The translations under genes were made by a program, and so were the position numbers. From an uncultured Acidobacteriota bacterium (GTDB lineage Bacteria > Acidobacteriota > Thermoanaerobaculia > Multivoradales > UBA5704): a DNA stretch of 64,000 nucleotides. Below, in pieces: positions 57,066 to 64,000 of the stretch. Where the stretch lies: the NCBI GenBank assembly GCA_963770895.1, contig CAVYRF010000002.1, positions 1,152,001-1,216,000 on the forward strand. Direction: 5' to 3'. A model generated the notes under the pieces. That model was not told where the DNA came from. It worked only from the letters and a program-made list of their open reading frames with translations, and made no database searches. Every line of letters starts with the position of its first letter. The stretch's first letter is position 1.

Positions 57066-58229
57066 CTAATTGAGGAACATCGGCAGGTCGAGGACTTCGA
57101 CGATCTTGGGGCGGTAGGCGGCGCGATCGTAGAAGCGCTGGACGTCGACCTTTTTGACGCCGGTGCCGACGATGTTGATCGGCACGGTGGTGTAGCGGCC
57201 GCCGGCGATGGCGACCATGCGGCCGGTGTCGTGGGCCAGCACCAGGTCGGCGGCCAGGCTGGCGAAGTTGCTGGCGACCAGGCGGTCCAGGGCGTCCGGG
57301 GGGCCGGAGCGCATGAGGTAGCCGAGGCGCTGATAGATCACGCGCTCGCCGGTCGTGCGCTGCAGCTCGTGGCGGAGCAGGCGGCCGATGCCGCCCAGCT
57401 CGCGGTTGCCGATCGAATCGGCTTCGCCGCTTTCGACCGGCTGGCCGCCCACCGGGTAGGCGCCTTCGGAGATGGCGACGACCGCGTAGCTGCTGGGGTT
57501 GCGGCGCTTGTCGGCGGCGAGCAGCTCCACGACCGCGGCGCTGTCGAAGGGGACTTCGGCGATCAGGGCGCGGTCGGTGCCGGCCAGGTAGGAGGCGAGC
57601 AGGCAGGTTTCGCCCGAATAGCGGCCGAACAGCTCGACCACCAGGAAGCGCTCGTGCGAGCCGGCGGCGGTGCGCAGGTCGTGGATGAAGTTGACGGCGC
57701 GGGTGACGGCGGTCGAAAAGCCGATGCAGTATTCGGTGCCGAAGACGTCGTTGTCCATGGTCTTGGGCACGCCGATGGTGGGCACGCCCTCGTCGTGCAG
57801 GCGGCAGGCGAACGACAGGGTGCCGTCGCCGCCGATCGCCACCAGGGCGTCGATGCGCAGAAACTCGATCACTTCCAACGCCGCCTGGGTGAGGTCGCAG
57901 CGGCCCGCGCCGTCGGCCGGGGCGGCGCGGCCCTGCAGGTGGGCGGGGATGCTTTCGGGCTTCATCATCGCCGGGTTGATGCGCGAGGTGTGCAGCATGG
58001 TGCCGCCGCTGCGGTCGATGGTGCGCGTGCTGGCGCGGGTGAGCGGCACCAGCCATTCCGAGTTGTCGGCGGCGGCCAAGGGAACGATGTTGAGCAGGGC
58101 GGCAAAGCCGCGCCGCAGGCCGAGCACTTCGTAGCCCGCCTCTTCCATGCGGGCGACGAAGCCCTTGATTGCCATGTTCAGGCCGGGGACGTCGCCGCCG
58201 CCGGTGAGAATGCCGATTCGTCCGTGCAT
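57066..58229 (-). CDS. pfkA: 6-phosphofructokinase (PfkA family)
   Basis: LTGGGDVPGLN, GGDGT, PKTMDND, VELFGR. Confidence 0.92.
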   Translation of the reverse strand: MHGRIGILTGGGDVPGLNMAIKGFVARMEEAGYEVLGLRRGFAALLNIVPLAAADNSEWLVPLTRASTRTIDRSGGTMLHTSRINPAMMKPESIPAHLQGRAAPADGAGRCDLTQAALEVIEFLRIDALVAIGGDGTLSFACRLHDEGVPTIGVPKTMDNDVFGTEYCIGFSTAVTRAVNFIHDLRTAAGSHERFLVVELFGRYSGETCLLASYLAGTDRALIAEVPFDSAAVVELLAADKRRNPSSYAVVAISEGAYPVGGQPVESGEADSIGNRELGGIGRLLRHELQRTTGERVIYQRLGYLMRSGPPDALDRLVASNFASLAADLVLAHDTGRMVAIAGGRYTTVPINIVGTGVKKVDVQRFYDRAAYRPKIVEVLDLPMFLN

Positions 58230-58341
58230 ATCCTCTGTTCTTGGTCCCAGCGACGGCCCCTTCCGGCGCGGCGGAGGCGCCAGCGGCGGCGGGCGCCGCG
58301 GGCCGCGGGGCAGCCGGCGGCGGGTTCCGGCGGACGCTGGC

Positions 58342-59343
58342 TCAGCCGGCGGCGGCGAGACGATCGATCAGGTCCACCACCCGGTTCGAGTAGCCCCACT
58401 CGTTGTCGTACCAGGCTACCACCCGCACCCAACCGTCGCCGGCGGCGTTGGTCGAAAGCGAGTCGAAGACCGACGAGTGGGGGTTGCCGATGATGTCGGT
58501 CGACACCAGCGACGCTGCACTGTATTCGACCACCCCGGCGAGCGGGCCGGCGGCGGCTTCCCGCACGGCGTCGTTGACGCCGGCCGCGTCGGGCCGCGCC
58601 CGCAACCGCGCCGCGAGATCGACGATCGAACCGTCGGACACCGGCACGCGCATCGCCATGCCGTCAAGCTTACCCTTGAGATGTGGCAATACCTTGCCAA
58701 CCGTGCGGGCCGCTCCGGTGGTGGTCGGGATGATGTTTTGCGCCGCGGCGCGGCTGCGCCGGAAGTCCTTGTGCGGCGCGTCGGCAAGGCGCTGGTCGTT
58801 GGTATAGGCGTGCACGGTGGTCATGAAGCCCTCTTCGAGACCGAAGCGGTCGTCGAGGATCTTGACCACCGGCGCCAGGCAGTTGGTGGTGCACGAGGCG
58901 TTGGAAACCAGCCGATGGGCGGGGCCCAGGATGCCGTCGTTGACGCCGATGACCACGGTCGCGTCCAGCTCGTCCTTGGCCGGCACGGTCAGGATGACCT
59001 TGCCGGCGCCGCCCTGCAGATGCTTGGCGATCTGCGCGCGGCTGGTGAAGACGCCGGTCGACTCGATCACGACGTCCACGCCCAGGTCGCCCCAGGGGAT
59101 GGCCGCCGGATCCCGCTCTTCCAGCATGGCGACCCGCTGGGCGCCGGCATACAGGGTGTGCTCGTCGCAGGTGACCTCCTGCTCGAACGGCCCCATCACC
59201 GTGTCGTACTTGAGCAGGTAGGCCAGCTGGCGGTTCTCGAACAGGTCGTTGATCGCCACGACCTGGTGGTCGGTGCGCGCCGCGACGATGCGGAACACGC
59301 TGCGGCCGATGCGGCCGAAGCCGTTGATGCCGATTCTGCTCAT
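58342..59343 (-). CDS. gap: Type I glyceraldehyde-3-phosphate dehydrogenase
   Basis: GINGFGRIGR, SNASCTTNCLAP, WYDNEWGY. Confidence 0.97.
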   Translation of the reverse strand: MSRIGINGFGRIGRSVFRIVAARTDHQVVAINDLFENRQLAYLLKYDTVMGPFEQEVTCDEHTLYAGAQRVAMLEERDPAAIPWGDLGVDVVIESTGVFTSRAQIAKHLQGGAGKVILTVPAKDELDATVVIGVNDGILGPAHRLVSNASCTTNCLAPVVKILDDRFGLEEGFMTTVHAYTNDQRLADAPHKDFRRSRAAAQNIIPTTTGAARTVGKVLPHLKGKLDGMAMRVPVSDGSIVDLAARLRARPDAAGVNDAVREAAAGPLAGVVEYSAASLVSTDIIGNPHSSVFDSLSTNAAGDGWVRVVAWYDNEWGYSNRVVDLIDRLAAAG

Positions 59344-60497
59344 GGCGCGGGCTCCGTGACTTCGCCTCGATGGCGATTGGCGGGGGCGGGGGCGTTGGCG
59401 GCAGCGGCGGCGTCGTCGAGCTGGCGGCAGCGCACCACCAGGTCCAGCGCGCGCTGCGCGTACGCCCAGCTGTTGTCGAACCAGGTGAGGGTCTTGGACA
59501 CGCGCCCGCCCAGTACCATGGTGGCCTGGCTGTCGAAGATCCCCGAATGGGTGGCATGCTGGACGTCGGCCGAGACGATCGGCTCCTCCTCATACGCCAG
59601 GATGCCGGCAAGCCCCGCCGCCGCCTGGCGCACCGCGCGGTTGACGTCTTCGACGCTGACCGGCTGGGGGTGCCAGCAGACCAGGTCGAGCGCCGAGCCG
59701 TTGGCGACCGGCACGTTCATCGACGAGCCGCTCAGCTTGCCGCGCAGAGCCGGCAACAGCGCCATCACCACGTCGGCCGCCGCCGCCGGCAGCGGGATGA
59801 TGTTTTGTGCCGCCGCGCGCCCCCAGCGGGGGTCGGCCGCCGGGACGTCGGCGAGGTGCTGTTGATCGACGTAGGCGTGCACGGTGTTGAGGAACCCGCG
59901 CTCGATGCCGAACGCCTGGTGCAGGATCTTGACCACCGGCGCCGCGGCGTGGGCCGCGGGCGAGGCGTGGGAGACAATGCGATGCTCGGCGCGCAGCTGG
60001 GCGTCGTTGGCGCCGGCGACGACCATGACGTCGGGCGCCAGGTCGGCGATGAAGTCAGCCTGGTTGCCCGCGGCGCCGACCTGCTGGCCGCTATTGGCGG
60101 GGGTCGCCGGGGCGGCGGGCGCGGCGGGGGCGCACAGGATCACCCGCCTGGCGCCGGCCGCGAGGTGCCGCTCCAGGTCGGCGCGGCTGCGCGACCGGCC
60201 GGAGGTCTCGATCACCGTGTCGACACCCAGGTCGCCCCACGAGGCGTCCTGCGGCGTCCCCGCCAGCAGGCGCACCTGCCGGCCGCCGGCGTGCAGCATG
60301 TCGCCGTCGAGCGTGAGCGGCGCCGGGAAGCGCCCCAGGAGGGTGTCGAATCGCAGCAGGTAGGCCAGCGCGGCCCGGTCGGACGGGTCGCTGACCGCTT
60401 CCAGCCGCAGGTCGTCGCGGTCGTGCAGCAGGCGAAAGAGATTTCGCCCGATTCGTCCCAATCCCAACACGGCGACACGCGTGACGCGCCTGGTCAT
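59340..60497 (-). CDS. GAPDH-like protein lacking the catalytic Cys
   Basis: GLGRIGR, TVHAY and WFDN retained; SHASPAAHAAAP replaces SNASCTTNCLAP. Confidence 0.85.
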   Translation of the reverse strand: MTRRVTRVAVLGLGRIGRNLFRLLHDRDDLRLEAVSDPSDRAALAYLLRFDTLLGRFPAPLTLDGDMLHAGGRQVRLLAGTPQDASWGDLGVDTVIETSGRSRSRADLERHLAAGARRVILCAPAAPAAPATPANSGQQVGAAGNQADFIADLAPDVMVVAGANDAQLRAEHRIVSHASPAAHAAAPVVKILHQAFGIERGFLNTVHAYVDQQHLADVPAADPRWGRAAAQNIIPLPAAAADVVMALLPALRGKLSGSSMNVPVANGSALDLVCWHPQPVSVEDVNRAVRQAAAGLAGILAYEEEPIVSADVQHATHSGIFDSQATMVLGGRVSKTLTWFDNSWAYAQRALDLVVRCRQLDDAAAAANAPAPANRHRGEVTEPAP

Positions 60498-60714
60498 CCG
60501 CAGCCCCCTCTGGGGGATCGGTCGCGACCTGGGCCCCCGCCGGACCGCCCTGCGCGCCGCCCCTCCGCCTTCAGACCTTAACACGATCGTAACCGCCTGG
60601 GACCGCCGGACCCGGCTCGTCGAGCGGGGGCGGCGAGACTTCTGGACAACGCCCGATCCGCTTGACACCATCGCAGCGTCGGCGGCCCTGCCGCCGCCGA
60701 ACCGGAGGTGCCGT

Positions 60715-61749
60715 TTGCTGATCCCGCCAGGGTTGCCGCGCCGCGCGCGCGGGCTGCTCGCCATCGCCCTGTGGCTCGCGGTCGCGGCCGCCGCCGCGGC
60801 GCAGAAGATGTCGTTCCAGGACCCCACCGGCGACGACAACGGTCCCGGAACGTACGTCTATCCCACCGACCCGGTGTACACGCCCGGCTCCTTCGACATG
60901 ACCAACGTCGAAATGAAGGTGCACAAAGACACGGTGGACGTCGAGGTCACGATGGCGGGCAAGCTCGCCGACGCATGGCACACGGGCAGCGGCTTTTCTG
61001 TCCAGACGGTGTTCCTCTTCTTCCAGACCGACGGCCCCGAGCAGTCGGTGCCGCCCAAGGACAAGAAGACCCTCCGCGCCGAAAAGCGGGCGGCGGCCGA
61101 AAAGCTGGCGGAAGAGAAGATCAAGCAGAAGCTCAACGGCACCCCGATACCACCGCCGACGCCCAAGGTCAGGAAGCCGTACGGCCACACCCAGAGCCTG
61201 CCGGGGATGAACGTGGAGTTCGCTCCCGCCGACGGGTGGGACCACTGCGTCATCCTGTCGCCGCTGCCGGCGGCGCAGGTGCAGGCGGCGGTGGACAGCA
61301 AGGTGCCCGCTCCCCTGCGCGGCGCCGTCCTGGTGCCGGCGCGGGTCAAGGGCGCCGGCCACGTCATCTCCGCCACCTTCGACCGCAAGCCGCTCGGCAA
61401 GCACCTGCCCAAGACCTGGGGCTACCAGGTGGTGGTGGTCGGCACCGACCCCTACCCCGGCACCGACAGCCTGTTCGTGCGTCCGGTGAGCGAAACGGAA
61501 AGCCAGCTGCGCTTCGGCGGCGGCGCCGGCGGCGGCTGCGACGCCAACGTGCTGGACGTCCTGGCCGGCGATGCGGAGGCCGACGCAGCCGAAATCGACA
61601 AGCAGCACACCCAGCTGCTGGGCGACTGCACCAGCACGGATGCCAAGCTCCACAGGCTCCCCACCCTCAGCCTGGTCTACGTCCACGACGAGGACGAAGC
61701 CGAGGAGAAGAAAGACGAGCAGCCAAAGCCTCCGACGCCGCCCCAGTGA
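60715..61749 (+). CDS. Exported glucodextranase DOMON-like domain protein
   Basis: FQDPTGDDNGPGTYVYPT...GSFD, GFSVQ; signal peptide; GGAGG before TTG 60715. Confidence 0.75.
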   Translation: MLIPPGLPRRARGLLAIALWLAVAAAAAAQKMSFQDPTGDDNGPGTYVYPTDPVYTPGSFDMTNVEMKVHKDTVDVEVTMAGKLADAWHTGSGFSVQTVFLFFQTDGPEQSVPPKDKKTLRAEKRAAAEKLAEEKIKQKLNGTPIPPPTPKVRKPYGHTQSLPGMNVEFAPADGWDHCVILSPLPAAQVQAAVDSKVPAPLRGAVLVPARVKGAGHVISATFDRKPLGKHLPKTWGYQVVVVGTDPYPGTDSLFVRPVSETESQLRFGGGAGGGCDANVLDVLAGDAEADAAEIDKQHTQLLGDCTSTDAKLHRLPTLSLVYVHDEDEAEEKKDEQPKPPTPPQ

Positions 61750-61762
61750 GCCGCGGCCGCGG

Positions 61763-62305
61763 GTGTTTTTGCGTCAGCCGCAGGCCCAGGACGGCCCCGA
61801 GCTGGTGGCGCTGATGCGCGCCAGCCGCCGCCTGCACGCCCCGTGGGTCGCGCCGCCGCTCGACGACGCCTCCTTTCAGGCGTTCCTGGCGCGGGCGCGG
61901 CGCGCCAACGCGCTGACCTTCCTGGTCTGCCTGCGCGACGGCGGCGCCATCGCCGGCGTCTTCAATTTGAGCGAGATCGTGCGCGGCCCGCTGCAAAGCG
62001 CCTATCTGAGCTACTACGTCGGCGCCCCCCATGCCGGCCGCGGCCTGATGACCGAAGGGCTCCGTCTGGTGCTGCGCCACTCGTTCGCCAACCTGCGCCT
62101 GCACCGGCTGGAAGCCAACATCCAGCCCGCCAACCGCCCGTCGATCGCGCTGGTCGAGCGCTGCGGCTTCCAGCTGGAGGGGTTTTCGCCGCGCTACCTG
62201 AAGATCCGCAACCGCTGGCGCGACCACGAGCGCTGGGCGATCCACGCCGAAGCCTGGCGGGCAGGGCACGGCCGCCGCCCGGCCGCGGCGTCCGACCCTA
62301 CGTAA
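61763..62305 (+). CDS. GNAT N-acetyltransferase, RimJ/RimL-like (start uncertain)
   Basis: IVRGPLQSAYLSY, GRGLMTEGL, LHRLEANIQPAN, WRDHERWA. Confidence 0.88.
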   Translation: MFLRQPQAQDGPELVALMRASRRLHAPWVAPPLDDASFQAFLARARRANALTFLVCLRDGGAIAGVFNLSEIVRGPLQSAYLSYYVGAPHAGRGLMTEGLRLVLRHSFANLRLHRLEANIQPANRPSIALVERCGFQLEGFSPRYLKIRNRWRDHERWAIHAEAWRAGHGRRPAAASDPT

Positions 62306-62315
62306 CCGGGACGGG

Positions 62316-64000
62316 TCAGTTGGTGCGGGCGAGCAGGACGCCGTTGCCGATCTGGCGCTCGATCTCGGCGGCGGCGACCGGCTTGCTGACCAGGTAGCCC
62401 TGGTACTCGTCGCAGCCCTGGCCGCTCAGGAAGTGGAACTGGCTGGCGGTTTCGACGCCTTCGGCGATCACCTTCAGCCCCAGGCCGTGCGCCATGTCGA
62501 TGATCGCGGTGACGATCGCTTCGCCGCCGTGATCGGAATCGATGTCGCGCACGAAATCGCGGTCGATCTTGAGGCAGTCGATGGGCAGGCGCTTGAGGTA
62601 GTTGAGCGACGCCTGGCCGGTGCCGAAGTCGTCCATCGAGATGCGCACCCCCAGCCGGCGCAACGCCGCGAGCGTCGCCACGGTCTGCTCGATGTCCTGC
62701 ATGGCGGCGCTTTCGGTGATCTCCAGCTCCAGGCAGTCCGGCGCCAGGTCGATCTCGCGCAGCAGCGCCGCGACCGCCCGCGGCAGGTCCGAGTCCTGGA
62801 AGTGCCGCACCGACAGGTTGACGGCGATGCGCAGGCCGGGCAGCGGACCGTCCTGCCAGTCGCGGGCCTGGCGGCAGGCGGTGGCCAGCACCCATTCGCC
62901 CAGCGGGATCACCAGGCGCAGCTCTTCGGCCAGCGGGATGAAGTGGGCCGGCGCCACCAGGCCGCGCTCGGGATGGCGCCAGCGCACCAGCGCCTCCATC
63001 CCCACGGTGAGACCGCTGGCAAAGCTCACCACCGGCTGGTACAGGACTTCCAGCTCGCGCCGTTCCAGCGCCCGCCGCAGGTCGTTCTCCAGCGCCAGGC
63101 GCGCCAGGGCCTTGGCGTTCATCGCCGGGGTGCACAGCTGGTAGACGCCGCCGCCCAGCTCCTTGGACCGGTACAGGGCCAGGTCGGCGCTGCGCAGGAG
63201 CGTTTCGGCGTCCTCGCCGTCGGAGGGGAACAGGCTGATGCCGACCGCGGCGGTCACGTGCAGGGTGTGCTCGTCCAGGTGGAAGGGTTCGTCGGCCAGC
63301 CGGGCCAGGATCTTTTCGGCCACCTTGGCCCCTTCGGCGGCGCGGGCGTTGTACTGCAGCAGCAGGGCGAATTCGTCGCCGCCCAGGCGCGCCACCGTGT
63401 CGCCCTGCCGCACCATCGCCCGCAGCCGGCCGGACACACCGCACAACAGCCGGTCGCCGATGCTGTGGCCCAGCGTGTCGTTGACCACCTTGAACCGGTC
63501 CAGGTCGAGCACCAGCACCGCCAGCCCGGTGTCGGTGCGGTGCGTCTTGGCGATCGACTGCGACAGGCGGTCCAGGAAGAGGGTGCGATTGGGCAGGCCG
63601 GTGAGGTGGTCGTGGTAGGCCTGGTAGGCGATCTGCACTTCGGCCGCCTTGCGGTCGGTGATGTCGATCAGGGTGCCTTCGATCAGGTCGGCTTCGCCGT
63701 CGTGCCCCGGCCGCCAGGTGACGTTTTCGAGGATCCACACTTCGCCGCCGTCCTTGCGCCGCAGCCGGAACTCCGCGTTGTTGAGCTGGCCGGCGGTGCG
63801 CAGGCGGGCGATGAAGCGCTCGCGTTCCGCCGCGTCCAGATAGAGATCGTTGGCGTTGCAGCGCATCAGCTCGGTTTCGGAGGCATAGCCCAGCAGATGG
63901 GCCAGCGCCGGGTTGCACTCAAGGAAGGCGCCGTCCACCGAGATGCGGTAGATCCCGGCCAGGGTGCGCTCGAAAAACAGCCGGTAGCGCCGCTGCCCCT
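62316..64000 (-). CDS. PAS-GGDEF-EAL c-di-GMP enzyme, 5' end outside the window
   Basis: PAS/PAC; LTGLPNR, RLGGDEF, MEALVRW, DDFGTG, KIDRDF. Confidence 0.95.
   Translation of the reverse strand, partial: GQRRYRLFFERTLAGIYRISVDGAFLECNPALAHLLGYASETELMRCNANDLYLDAAERERFIARLRTAGQLNNAEFRLRRKDGGEVWILENVTWRPGHDGEADLIEGTLIDITDRKAAEVQIAYQAYHDHLTGLPNRTLFLDRLSQSIAKTHRTDTGLAVLVLDLDRFKVVNDTLGHSIGDRLLCGVSGRLRAMVRQGDTVARLGGDEFALLLQYNARAAEGAKVAEKILARLADEPFHLDEHTLHVTAAVGISLFPSDGEDAETLLRSADLALYRSKELGGGVYQLCTPAMNAKALARLALENDLRRALERRELEVLYQPVVSFASGLTVGMEALVRWRHPERGLVAPAHFIPLAEELRLVIPLGEWVLATACRQARDWQDGPLPGLRIAVNLSVRHFQDSDLPRAVAALLREIDLAPDCLELEITESAAMQDIEQTVATLAALRRLGVRISMDDFGTGQASLNYLKRLPIDCLKIDRDFVRDIDSDHGGEAIVTAIIDMAHGLGLKVIAEGVETASQFHFLSGQGCDEYQGYLVSKPVAAAEIERQIGNGVLLARTN

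Noticed and set aside
59340-60497. GAPDH-like gene as erythrose-4-phosphate dehydrogenase (epd)
   Set aside because: Epd also requires the SCTTN catalytic Cys, which is absent here

Overview
Very GC-rich bacterial chromosome segment (roughly 70% GC by eye) from a diderm organism: it encodes LptD, a TonB domain and a porin. The gene repertoire suggests Acidobacteriota/Thermoanaerobaculia, but that is inference. Housekeeping genes (rfbA-like, lptD, thiolase, ruvX/yqgF, mltG, maeB, pfk, gap) frame several accessory loci. The stand-out locus (6.5-20.8 kb) is a bidirectional group 2a-type [NiFe]-hydrogenase cluster. It has two paralogous small subunits, one large subunit, maturation and accessory genes, and two cytoplasmic HiPIP-like 4-Cys proteins, one fused to two Roadblock/LC7-like domains. 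Interleaved with these are a stand-alone Roadblock (MglB-like) gene and two MglA-like small GTPases. This is a candidate H2/redox-sensing GTPase switch. Also present: a Kdp K+ uptake locus lacking KdpE, with a KdpD(N-terminal)-USP-PTS EIIA fusion, a KinB/AlgB-like sigma-54 pair, and matching sigma-54 promoters plus paired palindromic enhancers upstream of both the kdp operon and a porin. Further items are a catalytically dead GAPDH paralogue coupled to gap, a pseudokinase-TonB fusion, a CHAT protease/ECF sigma/double zinc-finger anti-sigma module, and a 3 x 56-bp non-coding repeat beside tandem XRE regulators. I saw no rRNA, tRNA, CRISPR array or transposase. All family calls come from motif recognition by eye, not database searches.
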